A DNA stretch of 64,000 nt from Candidatus Shapirobacteria bacterium (GCA_043817235.1 JBDRHA010000006.1:78401-142400); one strand, 5' to 3'. Shown: positions 1 to 10,738, counted from the stretch's first letter. Numbers and translations: made by a program. Notes: generated by a model not told the origin, from the sequence alone.

Positions 1-845
1 CTTATTATCTTTTGGGAATTATTTTGGGGATTATTGGCAGTGCTTTCCAAATTTCCCTAACCGCCAGCTCAATTTTTACGATTCTTATTTCCCTGGTGAT
101 GGTTTTTTTGGCCTTGCAAATGCTGGGAATAGAGGCTTTGCAAAAAATTCAAATAACTCTTCCCAGGGCCTTAACCAGATTTGCGGCCGACGAAAAAAAC
201 TTTAAAGCAAGGGGAATGCCTTTTTTAATGGGAGCTTTAACCTTTTTTCTGCCTTGTGGTTTTACGATTACGGCTCAAGGATTGGCTTTAGCTTCAGGTA
301 GCCCCTGGCAATCAGGGCTAATTATGTTATTTTTCGCGTTAGGCACCCTTCCGGCTCTTGTCTTAATAGGTTTTTCTAGTGTCAAATTTAGCCAAAAACC
401 CCAACTTGCTGACCAGTTTTTAAAAATTGCGGGCATTTTGGTCTTATTTTTTGCCCTTTATAATATTAATGCTCAACTTAACATTTTAGGCCTAAGGAGT
501 TTTAGCGATTTAACTCTTGGTTCTAAAAACACCTCTTCTTCCGACGGATCTCCTTTGCTGACTGATAGCAAGCAAGTCTTAAAAATGGATGCTTTTGCCT
601 CTGGCTATAAACCTGATTATTTTAAAGTTAAGGCGGGTGTTCCAGTGCGTTGGGAAATTACTGATAAAGGAACCGGCGGTTGTACTAATGCTATTGTCTC
701 TCGAGGCCTATTTGCCGGAGAGATTAGGCTAACCCCAGGAACAACAAGTATCAAGGAGTTTACGCCAAAGGAGCCGGGAAAATACAAATTTAGCTGTTGG
801 ATGGGCATGATCTCGGGCACTATTGAGGTGGTGGGCCAAAGATGA
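1..845 (+). CDS. Sulfite exporter TauE/DsbD-like membrane protein with C-terminal cupredoxin-like domain (5' partial)
   Basis: FFLPCGF motif in a multi-TM region; C-terminal GCTN...FSCWMGM cupredoxin motif; overlaps the copA start; frame open from the window edge. Confidence 0.8.
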   Translation, partial: YYLLGIILGIIGSAFQISLTASSIFTILISLVMVFLALQMLGIEALQKIQITLPRALTRFAADEKNFKARGMPFLMGALTFFLPCGFTITAQGLALASGSPWQSGLIMLFFALGTLPALVLIGFSSVKFSQKPQLADQFLKIAGILVLFFALYNINAQLNILGLRSFSDLTLGSKNTSSSDGSPLLTDSKQVLKMDAFASGYKPDYFKVKAGVPVRWEITDKGTGGCTNAIVSRGLFAGEIRLTPGTTSIKEFTPKEPGKYKFSCWMGMISGTIEVVGQR

Positions 846-3025
846 GGAAAAAAGAAATTCTGCGAATTTCCGGGATGACTTGCGCTTCTTGTGTCGCTTC
901 AATTGAGAAGGAGTTAAAAAAACAGCCCGCCATTTTAAAAGCCAGTCTTAACTTGGCCAGTGAAAAGCTAGTGGTGGAGTTTAGTAGTAAGAAAATAAGT
1001 TTAGCTAAGATTAAGCAGATTATTAAGGATCTTGGTTATAAAATAGAAGATACCCTAGAAAACGATTCTGATCAAGTTTTAGAAAATTACAAAAAGCGGT
1101 TTCTATTTTCTTTACTTTTAGGCTTGCCTCTTTTTTACTTGGCTATGGGCCCGTTGGCTGGCCTTCCTGTTCCCCAAATTCCTTTGCCCATCAATGCTTT
1201 AATTCAGTTATTGGCAACTAGCGCGATTATTCTGGTCAATCTTCGAATTTATTCTTCTGGTTTAAAAAAATTAGTTCAAAAAAGTCCTAATATGGATTCT
1301 TTAGTGACTTTAGGCACTTTATCAGCCTATTTTTACTCGGTGATTATTATTGGGCCATTTTTATTTTCGAGCGTCGGCGAGAAAACAAGGTTCTTGAGCG
1401 AAGCGAAAGGTTCTTATTTTGAAAGTGCTGCCTTTATTCTGGTTTTTATTTCTTTGGGAAAGTATTTAGAAGCTTTAACTAAAGGCAAAACTAGCCAAGC
1501 AATTAAAAAGCTAATTAATCTTGCTCCAAAAACAGCAATCCTTCTTAAAGGCAGAAGAGAGCTAGTTGTTCCTGTTGACCAAATTAAGGTGGGGGATTTG
1601 GTTTTAATTAAACCAGGAGAAAAAATACCGGTTGACGGGGTTGTTGTTTCCGGTTATTCCGGAGTAGACGAGCAAGCGATTACCGGGGAAAGCGTGCCAG
1701 TGGAAAAGAAAAAAGGAGACAAGGTTATTGGGGCGACAGTTAACCAAACTGGCACCTTAGTGGTAAAAACGACAAAAGTAGGAGCAGAAACAATGCTTGC
1801 CCAGATTATCAAAGTAGTAGAAGAGGCGGTTTCTTCTAAGGCTCCGGTTCAGCTATTGGCGGATAAAGTGGCTGCTTATTTTGTACCTGCCGTAATGATC
1901 ATTGCTTTTGTTTCAGCTGGGGTTTGGCTTTTGCTAGGCTATTCTTTTGCTTTTTCTTTAACTACTTTCTTGTCTGTTTTAATTATTGCTTGCCCGTGTG
2001 CTTTGGGTTTGGCAACACCTACAGCGGTAATGATGGGAACGGGCTTGGCGGCTCAGAGTGGGATATTGATTAAAAGCAATAAAGCCCTGGAAATGGCCAA
2101 GAAAATTGATTTAGTAGTTTTTGACAAAACCGGAACCCTAACCGAGGGCAAAGTTTTGGTTACTGAAGTTTTGGGAGATAGTCAAAGTAGAGTTTTGCAG
2201 CTGGCCGCTTCGCTGGAAAATAAATCTGAGCATCCTTTGGCTCAGGCTATTGTTAATAAGGCTAAAGAAAAAGGAATAAAACTTTTAAGAGTGAATAGCT
2301 TTCGAGCTTTTCCCGGCCGGGGAGTAACAGGGGTAGTAAAAGGAGAAAAAGTATTTGTAGGCAGCCCTGGATGGTTAAAAAGCAAATTGGGCAAGAACTT
2401 GGAGAAGCAAGGAAAAACAGTAGTAGTAGTTTCAATTGGCAAAAAGCCAATTGGAGCGATTGGTCTGGCTGATACTTTAAGGCCAGATTCAAAACAAGTG
2501 GTAGCAGAGCTTAAAAAAAGAGGGAAGAAAGTTGCCTTGCTTACAGGGGACAATCGCTGGGTCGCCCAAAATATTGCTAGAATATTGGGAATTGGTCAGT
2601 TCTCTTTTGAAATATTACCCCACCAAAAGGCGCTGGAGATTAAAAAATGGCAGGAAAAGGGAATGGTTGTGGCGATGGTAGGGGATGGGATTAATGACGC
2701 CCCGGCCTTGGCCCAGGCGGATCTAGGGATTGCCTTAGGATCAGGGACAGATATTGCCTTGGAAACCGGGGAAATAGTTTTAATTAAAGATGATCTTAAA
2801 AAAGTTATTGAGGCTATTGATTTGAGTCGATATACTTTAAAGAAAATAAAACAAAACCTGTTTTGGGCCTTTTTTTACAATATTATCGGTATTCCGCTAG
2901 CGGCTGGGTTATTTTATCCTTTAACTGGCTGGCTCCTGAACCCAGCTTTGGCAGCTGCAGCAATGGCTTTTTCCTCAGTCAGTGTGGTTTCCAACTCGCT
3001 TCTGATGAAAAGGTTTAAGGCTTGA
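842..3025 (+). CDS. copA: Copper-translocating P1B-type ATPase
   Basis: [45 protein letters not shown] and MAFSS motifs. Confidence 0.95.
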   Translation: MRKKEILRISGMTCASCVASIEKELKKQPAILKASLNLASEKLVVEFSSKKISLAKIKQIIKDLGYKIEDTLENDSDQVLENYKKRFLFSLLLGLPLFYLAMGPLAGLPVPQIPLPINALIQLLATSAIILVNLRIYSSGLKKLVQKSPNMDSLVTLGTLSAYFYSVIIIGPFLFSSVGEKTRFLSEAKGSYFESAAFILVFISLGKYLEALTKGKTSQAIKKLINLAPKTAILLKGRRELVVPVDQIKVGDLVLIKPGEKIPVDGVVVSGYSGVDEQAITGESVPVEKKKGDKVIGATVNQTGTLVVKTTKVGAETMLAQIIKVVEEAVSSKAPVQLLADKVAAYFVPAVMIIAFVSAGVWLLLGYSFAFSLTTFLSVLIIACPCALGLATPTAVMMGTGLAAQSGILIKSNKALEMAKKIDLVVFDKTGTLTEGKVLVTEVLGDSQSRVLQLAASLENKSEHPLAQAIVNKAKEKGIKLLRVNSFRAFPGRGVTGVVKGEKVFVGSPGWLKSKLGKNLEKQGKTVVVVSIGKKPIGAIGLADTLRPDSKQVVAELKKRGKKVALLTGDNRWVAQNIARILGIGQFSFEILPHQKALEIKKWQEKGMVVAMVGDGINDAPALAQADLGIALGSGTDIALETGEIVLIKDDLKKVIEAIDLSRYTLKKIKQNLFWAFFYNIIGIPLAAGLFYPLTGWLLNPALAAAAMAFSSVSVVSNSLLMKRFKA

Positions 3026-3029
3026 TTAG

Positions 3030-3641
3030 CTAGGTGAGTTCTTCAAATTTGTTATAAAAATCAATCACTGTTTTTTTGGCTTTTTTAGCATCCAGCATTT
3101 TTATTGCATTTACAGTTTCTTGGGCTGTTTCTAACGAAAGCCCTATCCCGGTCGTAAAAGCAATCGAGTCTTTGTCTTCCGGCTTTCTTGCAAAGTAGTT
3201 TTTTAGCAGCTGATGCCATCTTTTTATATCGCAGCTTTTTATCCCTAAATCAAGCTCTGGTTTGTATACTTTATTAAAGCAGCTTATTATTTTTGGCCAA
3301 TTATTTATTTTGTTATACAAAATCCTGTCTTCAAACACTTTTAACGCCCTAACAAAAACCCCTGTTTTTGGAAAAAGTGAACAATAACTATTTTTTTCCA
3401 TAAATTGTTGTCTTGTTTTATCTACGAGCGAGTGAAACAACAGTCCCGCATTAAAAGAATCCTTTTCTAAAAGATCTACTAAAGATATATTTCTGCAATG
3501 AGTTTTATCTCTTTCTATTACTCCTAGATATCTAATATCAGGCAGGCTCGTTCCCACATAAAAAGCCCTTTTTTCTTTATCCGAAAAATACTTTCTATAA
3601 AGTTCGTTTGCTAAAACTATATGAGTAATCGGTGCTGCCAT
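3030..3641 (-). CDS. Hypothetical protein, zinc-dependent phospholipase C-like N-terminus
   Basis: N-terminal PITH...GTSLPDIRY...TH...HSLVD pattern. Confidence 0.5.
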   Translation of the reverse strand: MAAPITHIVLANELYRKYFSDKEKRAFYVGTSLPDIRYLGVIERDKTHCRNISLVDLLEKDSFNAGLLFHSLVDKTRQQFMEKNSYCSLFPKTGVFVRALKVFEDRILYNKINNWPKIISCFNKVYKPELDLGIKSCDIKRWHQLLKNYFARKPEDKDSIAFTTGIGLSLETAQETVNAIKMLDAKKAKKTVIDFYNKFEELT

Positions 3642-3664
3642 AATTGCTGTATTTTACCTAAGGG

Positions 3665-4765
3665 CTAGTTACTTTTTTGGAAATTTGGATTAGGCTTAAT
3701 TGAAGGAATAGCGCCGTCAACCGATTTCCATCCGGTCTGGCTAAGCTGGAGATTGTGCGCCTTATTTTTGATGTGATCCACGTATACCAAAATGGATAGG
3801 CGAGGAGTAAGAATGCCTTCTCTATCGCGGTCAAACTCTATCTCTTTAGAGACTAAGGCAGCAATATAATCATCAGCAATTTTTAAATCCTGGCTTAAAA
3901 TCCTTTTTAGGGATATATCTAGAGTCTCTCCGGGGCGAATTTTGTCCATAAATAAAAGAGCGCCACCTTCGCCTGTGTAGTTATAAAACTCACCTATTGC
4001 CGGCTTAAATTCAAAAATAAATGGCTTGAGAAAAACCTTTCTATTTTGATGATTGATGTCAAAAAAACTTTTATTGATTATTTTGACAGACTTGTTGTAA
4101 TACTCGTAAAAATCAGCCGGTATTAACTCTTTATCAGCCTTGGCTGAGAAAAGATTGATACTGTTCGCAACGGGGTAGCTTAATTCTGATAATTTAAGTT
4201 CGGGAATTTCTTTGTTATAGATATATTCCAAAAGATAGGGATTGATGATGTGAATCGTACCCTGAGGATCAGCGGCATAATAAACATTGTTTATTTGTAG
4301 GTAAAAAACAGGTAAAAGAGAATATTTTCTTAAAATTTCAAAGGTTTTTATATTGATTGAGCCGAATTCCAAGCTGACAAAGTTGTTGTCTCTGGGCAAG
4401 AAACTTTTAAGTTGTAGACTAAAGATGCGATAAAAGTCTTTTTGCTCGAATAAGTAAAAACGCAATCTGCTAAAAGTAGCATAATCTTCGCAGCCAATAG
4501 TCAACTTAAGACAGAACGAAAAATCTTTAAAATTGTCTGGAATATTATTAGCAGATAGATATTCAAGCTGAGATTGATAATTTGCATGGCCGGATAAGGT
4601 AACCTTAGTTGGCGAATCTTGGATTGTTTCTATGCCTGCAAAAGAGCCTTTAAGGTTATAAATAAAATCGGAAAAGTCTTTCGCCCCATCATCGCTTTTT
4701 TCCCTAATAATATAGAAGATTAATTCGTGATTATTATTCATTTGGGGAAATTGTATCATAAACAA
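3665..4765 (-). CDS. Hypothetical protein (possible degenerate NUDIX-like C-terminus)
   Basis: 366-aa ORF; KIRPGETLDISLKRILSQDL loosely resembles a Nudix box. Confidence 0.55.
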   Translation of the reverse strand: MFMIQFPQMNNNHELIFYIIREKSDDGAKDFSDFIYNLKGSFAGIETIQDSPTKVTLSGHANYQSQLEYLSANNIPDNFKDFSFCLKLTIGCEDYATFSRLRFYLFEQKDFYRIFSLQLKSFLPRDNNFVSLEFGSINIKTFEILRKYSLLPVFYLQINNVYYAADPQGTIHIINPYLLEYIYNKEIPELKLSELSYPVANSINLFSAKADKELIPADFYEYYNKSVKIINKSFFDINHQNRKVFLKPFIFEFKPAIGEFYNYTGEGGALLFMDKIRPGETLDISLKRILSQDLKIADDYIAALVSKEIEFDRDREGILTPRLSILVYVDHIKNKAHNLQLSQTGWKSVDGAIPSIKPNPNFQKSN

Positions 4766-4846
4766 GTTCCTAACGTTATCTTGGTTTGAAAGATTATTTT
4801 AACGCGGTCTTGGGCGCTTTAGAGATAAAGGGTATAAAATAGGTTC

Positions 4847-5308
4847 ATGTTTGAGGAAACGGAGTCGAAATGCAGTATTTCTGGTAGCTTTGATAAATTT
4901 AAAGATTTGATTGATCTGACCAGAGAAGAATTTGAAGGCTTGGGCGTAGTTGTTCTTGCGCCAGGCAAGGGCTGGCTAGCTCTTCCTAGACGCGGAGTTT
5001 TGCCTCCGGCGAAAATCGGTTTTCGACCTTTACCTAGCGAAATAGGAATGAGTATTAAGGAAATAGAAGATGAGTTTTTAAGAAGCGTTAGCGCTTCAGA
5101 TTTTTTGTATGTAGTAAACCCTGATGGATATATTGGAACAACTGTCAGTTTAGAAGTAGGATATGCTGTGGGTAAAGGTGTACCAGTTTATGCGCTTTGC
5201 CCAGTTGATTCAGGTCTAGATCCGGATCCTTTTTGGCAAGAGAGGCTGAAAGAAATAAGGGTGATGTCTCCGAGTCAGGCGGCTGAAGATGTTAAAGGAT
5301 TAAAATAG
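4847..5308 (+). CDS. Nucleoside 2-deoxyribosyltransferase-like protein
   Basis: SISGS...SDFLYVVNPDGYIGTTVSLEVGYA...VPVY pattern; TAAAAT 6 nt before the ATG. Confidence 0.6.
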   Translation: MFEETESKCSISGSFDKFKDLIDLTREEFEGLGVVVLAPGKGWLALPRRGVLPPAKIGFRPLPSEIGMSIKEIEDEFLRSVSASDFLYVVNPDGYIGTTVSLEVGYAVGKGVPVYALCPVDSGLDPDPFWQERLKEIRVMSPSQAAEDVKGLK

Positions 5309-5313
5309 CGACT

Positions 5314-5784
5314 ATGTTTACTGCGGAATATGATTTTTTGCGAACCAGGCTTGAGGATTTGAATTTCCACTCTTCAAGGATAATGTTTTGGGTGGTGGAG
5401 GGGGAAATAGTTATCGCTCCGCCTGGAACTTCTTTATCTCATCTGGAGATGGCAGAAACAGGAGGATGGATTAACGAAGTTGAAACTGAAAACTTTTTTA
5501 AAAGGAATATGAGGGGGTTTTTCTTAAGAACTGAAGAAGAAGGAAGAATTCATTTTTATAGGGGACTGGGTTTTGGTTTTGACGAGGGAATGATAGTTGA
5601 GGCAAAAAAAATGCTTCCTGTTTTTGTGCAGAAATTAGGACTTTCTTCTGATACCAAAGTATACTTCGGCCCCAAAGATTCTTTGATAAATGGGGTTGAA
5701 TATCCGATTCAATATGGGGGAACCGTTGAGGAGGTGTTAAGAGAAGAGCAAGCCGGTACTAGTTCTGCCGCCCCCAATGAATAA
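5314..5784 (+). CDS. Hypothetical protein
   Basis: 156-aa ORF starting 5 nt after the previous gene. Confidence 0.6.
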   Translation: MFTAEYDFLRTRLEDLNFHSSRIMFWVVEGEIVIAPPGTSLSHLEMAETGGWINEVETENFFKRNMRGFFLRTEEEGRIHFYRGLGFGFDEGMIVEAKKMLPVFVQKLGLSSDTKVYFGPKDSLINGVEYPIQYGGTVEEVLREEQAGTSSAAPNE

Positions 5785-5925
5785 AAACAAAAAAGGTCGG
5801 CTTAAGCTTAGGGAAGGGAACATTGAGCAAGAGCTTATCGACAGAAGGAGAGCTTTTTTCCCAAGGCTCTAGAGCCATTTGACATCGGGAGCAAATCATA
5901 CTATAAATAAACTAGGAAAAAACAA

Positions 5926-7059
5926 ATGTTCGTTAGCAAAAAATTGGTAATTTATTTTAGCGATGATGAGTTAAGGGCAGGCTGGGTGGTTTTGGGCAAA
6001 GAGCCAAGACTGGAAGGGGTTTTGGTTTATGATCGGGAAAAAGCAAAACTAGAAAAAATTTTAGAAAGAGTTAAAGAAGATTTTAAATACGAGAAAGCCT
6101 GGGTCGTTTTTTCCGACAGCTTAAGCTATATTTTGCGCTTTGATGTCCCCGAGGGCGAAAAGCGCTTGAAAAAATACGTCAAAGAAAAGATTAGCGAGGG
6201 CATTCCGGAGATTTTGGAAAGCGAGTACTGGGATTTTCAAGAAGTAGCCAATGATCAGGGGGCAAGAAAGATTGAGGTTTTCGCTCCGGTAAAGGAAGCT
6301 TTGGATCAATTTAAGAAAGCGGCCAAAAAAACAGATTTGGAAATTATGACTGTTGAGCCGGAGCTGCTTTCTAAAAGCCGCAATAGTGAGCCGATGATTG
6401 GCATTATTATGAAAGAGGAAGAAAAAGTGGAAGAGAAAGAAGAAGAAGTTGACGAAGAAGGTTCAAAAGTTGTTATAATGGAAGAACAAGCTTGGGAAAG
6501 CCAGGAAGAAGATGAAATTAAGCCGAGCATCGAAGAAGATAATAAAGTTAATGCCAAACCGGAGGTGATTGAAAAAATGGATAGTTTACCTGAAAAAAAG
6601 AGAAAGTTTCCGATTTTTCTAATTATTATTATTTTGTTGGCAGGCAGCGCCGGGGTGGTTTTATTTAGCAGGGTAATGACCAATAAGGGGAATACTCAGC
6701 TTGCACCCGCACCTACGCCCGCCCCTGATATTATTGAGGAGCCTACTCCTACGCTTGAACCGCAGCTAGATCGGGCGGATTTGACTATTCAGGTTTTAAA
6801 TGGCACCGGCGAGCCGGGGGTGGCAGGGGAAGGCAAAGATTATCTTGAAGGCTTGGGTTACGAGGATGTGGCCGCAGGAAATGCAGATTCTTATAACTAT
6901 AAAGAAACAGGGATTGCTCTAAAAGAGGAAGCGCAAGAATATTTTGATCTTCTTTCTAAAGATCTGGCAGGCATGTATAGTGTAAGCTCAGAGTCGTCAA
7001 CGCTTTCGGAAAGCTCAGATTATGACGTAGTAGTTACATTAGGCTTGACAACTGAGTAA
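5926..7059 (+). CDS. Membrane protein with C-terminal LytR_C domain and PilM-like N-terminal region
   Basis: IQVLNGTGEPGVAG...GNAD...DVVVTLG is LytR_C; single TM, acidic linker, P/T linker. Confidence 0.75.
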   Translation: MFVSKKLVIYFSDDELRAGWVVLGKEPRLEGVLVYDREKAKLEKILERVKEDFKYEKAWVVFSDSLSYILRFDVPEGEKRLKKYVKEKISEGIPEILESEYWDFQEVANDQGARKIEVFAPVKEALDQFKKAAKKTDLEIMTVEPELLSKSRNSEPMIGIIMKEEEKVEEKEEEVDEEGSKVVIMEEQAWESQEEDEIKPSIEEDNKVNAKPEVIEKMDSLPEKKRKFPIFLIIIILLAGSAGVVLFSRVMTNKGNTQLAPAPTPAPDIIEEPTPTLEPQLDRADLTIQVLNGTGEPGVAGEGKDYLEGLGYEDVAAGNADSYNYKETGIALKEEAQEYFDLLSKDLAGMYSVSSESSTLSESSDYDVVVTLGLTTE

Positions 7060-7073
7060 AGAACGCATATACT
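7045..7073 (+). promoter_or_regulatory. Sigma70-type promoter of the RRM gene
   Basis: TTGACA-17 nt-TATACT. Confidence 0.7.
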
Positions 7074-7201
7074 TCCATTGTTATAGGTTTTTAGAGGAAA
7101 GTTGGGAAAGATTAACTTCAGGGGTTGTCATTTTTTGGCCTCCAGTAAGACTCTTTCGAAAGAACTTTTTCAAAGTAAATAAAGAGGGGGTGAGATAATT
7201 T

Positions 7202-7570
7202 ATGGCACCAATTAAACTGTATGTTGGCAATTTGCCTTGGTCAGCTACTTCTGATGAGCTCGGACAAAAATTTTCCGAAGCCGGTCAGGTAGTTTCGGCC
7301 CAAGTCATTACCGACCGTTATTCCGGTCGCTCCCGCGGCTTTGGCTTCGTGGAAATGGAATCCCAAGAAGCGGCAGATAAAGCTATTGAGATGTTCAATG
7401 GCAAAGACTTTAACGGACGGGAAATTACCGTTAATATCGCTAAACCTCGTGAAGATAGTGATCGAGGTGGAAACGATCGCGGTGGACGGGATGAGCGAAT
7501 GGCTTCGGAACCAGAACCGGCTCAAGCAGAGCCTGCTTCCGAGGAAATCGAGATTCAGCCCGAAGAATAA
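7202..7570 (+). CDS. RRM-domain RNA-binding protein
   Basis: RNP2 KLYVGNL, RNP1 RGFGFVEM. Confidence 0.95.
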   Translation: MAPIKLYVGNLPWSATSDELGQKFSEAGQVVSAQVITDRYSGRSRGFGFVEMESQEAADKAIEMFNGKDFNGREITVNIAKPREDSDRGGNDRGGRDERMASEPEPAQAEPASEEIEIQPEE

Positions 7571-7590
7571 AGCTAATTTATTCTTAATAG

Positions 7591-7636
7591 AAAACCCCCC
7601 TTGCGTTCCGCTGGTGCGGGACTTCGGGGGGTTTTT
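7591..7636. terminator. Probable bidirectional terminator with a nested mini-hairpin
   Basis: AAAACCCCCC...GGGGGGTTTT stem between the convergent RRM gene and tRNA-Thr; inner GTTCCGC-TGGT-GCGGGAC. Confidence 0.6.
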
Positions 7637-7640
7637 GATG

Positions 7641-7713
7641 AGCCCAGAAGCGGGCTTGAACCGCTGGCCTTTCCCTTACCAAGGGAGTGCTCTACCAACT
7701 GAGCTACCTGGGC
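7641..7713 (-). tRNA. tRNA-Thr(GGT)
   Basis: Cloverleaf GCCCAGG.../TAGCTCAGTTGGTAGAGC/ loop TT-GGT-AA/ GGTTCAAGCCC. Confidence 0.93.
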
Positions 7714-7773
7714 AAAAAGTAATTAATTTTATCATTTTTATCATAATAGTTTCTTGTTTATTGGTAATCGCGC

Positions 7774-7965
7774 GTTATTGCGATCCGCCATCTTGGCGGA
7801 TGGTTAGCAGAACCATCGGGATTTCTTGCAATGACATGTTTCCGGTCATCCCGAGTGCATCCGAGGGATCTTTGGTATTAAGAAATCCCTTTTTTAATTA
7901 CAAAAGATCTTTCGACTTCGCCCCGCGAGTCGCGGGGCTTCGCTCAAGATGACCATTCAATGACA
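7774..7965. repeat. Composite GTCAT...ATGAC palindromic repeat cluster
   Basis: GTTATTGCGA...TGCAATGAC and GTCATCCCGAG...GGATCT...AGATCTTTCG...CTCAAGATGAC with nested CCCCGCGAGTCGCGGGG. Confidence 0.85.
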
Positions 7966-7971
7966 TTTAGT

Positions 7972-8709
7972 TTAAGCCTTATCGTTAAGATATTTTTTTG
8001 CTTTTTCGTAGCTGATACGCAAATATGAAGAAATGTTTTGCAAAAACTCCTGGCGGATTTTTTGGCGGTAGGCAGAACTTTTTAAGGAAACTGTCTTTTG
8101 AAAAACTTCCCAGACCTCTTTAAGATAATTTGCGGCCCAGTCTTCCTCTTTTTCGGTTTTAATAAAGTGAAATTTTTTGTTCAGTAACAGGGGAACAATA
8201 ATTATTCTTTTGTTTTTAAAGTGATCATTAAGAATGACCTCCAGGCCATAATTGGTGGCCTCTATTTTTTTTAAAGCAGGAATAACGCTTCTTTTTTTTA
8301 AGCACCGCTGGCCGGAAAACCGCCATAAAAAATAATTAGAAGCATTATACTGGCTGTTGATGCCAATAGTCATATCAGACAAGTTACTCACCACGGGATT
8401 GATTAAGGAAAATAAGTGATGTTTTTTCAGATTAATAAGGTCTGCATCTAAAAAAAGCAAATAAGGGTATTGGGCTGCTTTCACTCCCTGTGCCACTGCA
8501 TATCCTTTGCCCCGATTTTGCTTTAAATCAATTACTGTAATTTTGCTTTTTAACTTTTCCAGTTTTTTTAAAGTTTCGTCAGCTGATCCGTCGTTAACAA
8601 CGATTACTTCAGTAATTTCCGGGCAGCTCAAAGCTGACTTAACCACTCCAGCTACAGTTTTTTCTTCATCATAAGCGGGAATAATACAGCTGACTTTTGT
8701 CTTGTTCAT
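7972..8709 (-). CDS. Glycosyltransferase family 2
   Basis: IIPAYDEE, VVNDGSAD, NRGKGYAV, FLDAD motifs. Confidence 0.9.
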   Translation of the reverse strand: MNKTKVSCIIPAYDEEKTVAGVVKSALSCPEITEVIVVNDGSADETLKKLEKLKSKITVIDLKQNRGKGYAVAQGVKAAQYPYLLFLDADLINLKKHHLFSLINPVVSNLSDMTIGINSQYNASNYFLWRFSGQRCLKKRSVIPALKKIEATNYGLEVILNDHFKNKRIIIVPLLLNKKFHFIKTEKEEDWAANYLKEVWEVFQKTVSLKSSAYRQKIRQEFLQNISSYLRISYEKAKKYLNDKA

Positions 8710-8757
8710 TACATAAGGTTTTTTGCCTTGGGCTGATTATCTTAAAGCGCGATTGGT

Positions 8758-9783
8758 TTGTCAAGGGAAGTAAGTATAAAAAAGTGGATAAAAGTAACTA
8801 AATATGATATAAACAAGCTAATGTTAGAAAGATATGGTATTTTTCCGGCTGAAGTCAAGAGAGATTTTTCCCGAGAAGTAATTTTGGAGACTGGTCAGAC
8901 AGCCATGCTTCAAAGACTGGCCTTCGAAGATTTTGGGGGCCAAGTGCCGGTTTTAACGACTGGGAGGCTGGAAAACGCTTCTTCTATTGCCATGCTTTTG
9001 CCAGGATCAGTGCCGACAATGGAGCTGGAGCACAAAGCAGCCACTTATTATTCTCTTGTTGCAGAACAACTAGCCGATGCGGGAGTGACTAGTGTGCTTT
9101 TAGCTAACTGGTCTGGCTGGCCGCGCGACTATGGCCCATATATCAATTCCTTTTCTGCTTTTAGCTGTAAACCTCAGTCCGTAGGTGAGAAAATTGATTT
9201 AATTAGCTGTCTCCGGCAATGGATAAGAAAACAAACTGATCCAGACACGCCTCTTTTAATGGTTGGCCATTCCAGCGGCGGAGGTGCGCTTTTAAGAGTT
9301 TCCGATAAACTATTAAGAGGTGATTCTTGTTTGAAAATTATCGCTGATGCTCCAACAGCAATTGGAGCAGATTCCAGAATAACTAGAACTTTTGGCAAAT
9401 TAGCTAAAGCTGGGGGAGTGGGGGCGGCAATCCGCCTTACCCGGAATTTGCCTGAAAGCTGGCAGGAGAGGATGATGACTCAATACGGCTTAACTGTTTC
9501 TCAGGCTAGAGCCGATCAATGGATAGGGCTTAATGCCCAGTTTAGCCCGCACCAAGTGGCAAATAGAGAAGTGCAAGAAGAGCATGAGTATTTAAGAACA
9601 ATGGGCCCAGTTCGTTTTTTAAGCAGAGAGGTAAGAATTTTGATAGGAGAGAACGATCCCTTGGTTGCTAAAAGTAAACTTAAGGAGATAGCGGGCGTCG
9701 AACCAGAAGTTTTAAAGAATGGCAATCATTTTACGGCTCGCACTGATCCGGATCAGTATGCTCGAGTTTTATTAAGAAGCTGA
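8758..9783 (+). CDS. Alpha/beta hydrolase (start probably the ATG at 8821)
   Basis: GHSSGG nucleophile elbow, GENDPLV, GNHF triad motifs. Confidence 0.75.
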   Translation: MSREVSIKKWIKVTKYDINKLMLERYGIFPAEVKRDFSREVILETGQTAMLQRLAFEDFGGQVPVLTTGRLENASSIAMLLPGSVPTMELEHKAATYYSLVAEQLADAGVTSVLLANWSGWPRDYGPYINSFSAFSCKPQSVGEKIDLISCLRQWIRKQTDPDTPLLMVGHSSGGGALLRVSDKLLRGDSCLKIIADAPTAIGADSRITRTFGKLAKAGGVGAAIRLTRNLPESWQERMMTQYGLTVSQARADQWIGLNAQFSPHQVANREVQEEHEYLRTMGPVRFLSREVRILIGENDPLVAKSKLKEIAGVEPEVLKNGNHFTARTDPDQYARVLLRS

Positions 9784-9797
9784 TTTTCTCAAAACAT

Positions 9798-9841
9798 CGG
9801 AATTATACAGGAAAACAGGGGAGATGTGTAGTTATGGGATT
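9798..9841. repeat. 44-bp direct repeat, copy 1
   Basis: 40/44 identical to 11390-11433; contains minus-strand TATAAT. Confidence 0.85.
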
Positions 9842-10628
9842 AAATAGTCTGATCAGGGAGCATAAATTCTTTTTCGTCTACCTTTATGTTTAATACGGTC
9901 GCTTTGTAGCTTAATTCAGTATTCATATTGCCATAATATGGCGTGTTTGCAGATAATATAATAGACATTTCCAGAGGGATAGCAGTTTGTTTGTCTAAAC
10001 AAAAAGTTATTTCTGCCTTATCCGGTTCTGTTTTGTAAACTTCCCTATAATATCTTAGGTTTTCCGAAAGACTACTTTCCACCATTATTACATCTGCTTC
10101 AAAAAGACGGCACTTTCTGTTAATAATTTCTTTTTCTCCCAGATATGAAAGATTTTCGTTGGTTAAATGGTTGAAGACCAGGCTTAATCTATCTTCAGGT
10201 ATTACATTTTCATTATTCGATAATGGATCTTTAGTTAGGGAATGTGGTTGACAAGTTAATGGGCCTATTGGATGGGCTCCGGTATTATCACTTATAAATA
10301 CTGGAGTAATACAGGAAAAGCTGCCTTCTGGTATTTCATAATATAGCTGAGTTGAGCCATCTTGAATAACATTGTCCTTCAGATGTTTCGTGATGGTTTT
10401 TGTTTTGCCATTTGAGCGAAAAACATCTAAAAGTTTAATTTCAGGGATTTCAGTGGGTTTGGAGCTATAAGCGACTTCATAATTTATTTCATATTCAACC
10501 GCTTGCTTATTAAGAGTACTTTGTAGAACGAATCGAGGCATTCGAACATAATTTATTATCCCAGCGACGGAAATTACAGCGAAAGAAAAAACAGCTATTT
10601 TAAGCATTAAGAAAAAATGTTTTCTCAT
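9840..10628 (-). CDS. Exported or membrane-anchored hypothetical protein (LolA-like beta fold possible)
   Basis: N-terminal TM; YLGEKEIINRKC...CLDKQTAIPL pattern. Confidence 0.6.
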   Translation of the reverse strand: MRKHFFLMLKIAVFSFAVISVAGIINYVRMPRFVLQSTLNKQAVEYEINYEVAYSSKPTEIPEIKLLDVFRSNGKTKTITKHLKDNVIQDGSTQLYYEIPEGSFSCITPVFISDNTGAHPIGPLTCQPHSLTKDPLSNNENVIPEDRLSLVFNHLTNENLSYLGEKEIINRKCRLFEADVIMVESSLSENLRYYREVYKTEPDKAEITFCLDKQTAIPLEMSIILSANTPYYGNMNTELSYKATVLNIKVDEKEFMLPDQTI

Positions 10629-10669
10629 CTAGACTATATTATCAATAAATAGCGAAATATTCAAAATAT

Positions 10670-10732
10670 AAAAGCACCTGGGGCGGGTCGGAAAGCGGCA
10701 AGCCGCGTTTGTTTCCCACCTTCCAGGTGCTC
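10670..10732 (-). terminator. Large hairpin after the small-ORF cluster
   Basis: Minus strand AGCACCTGG...CCAGGTGCT followed by a T-run; inner GCGGC-TT-GCCGC. Confidence 0.5.
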
Positions 10733-10738
10733 GTCTTC

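Noticed and set aside
5777-5872. 31-codon ORF MNKNKKGRLKL...
   Set aside because: Too short, with no motif; possibly a remnant but unsupported
7341-7952. 203-aa plus-strand ORF
   Set aside because: Overlaps the RRM gene out of frame, then the antisense tRNA-Thr and palindromic repeats
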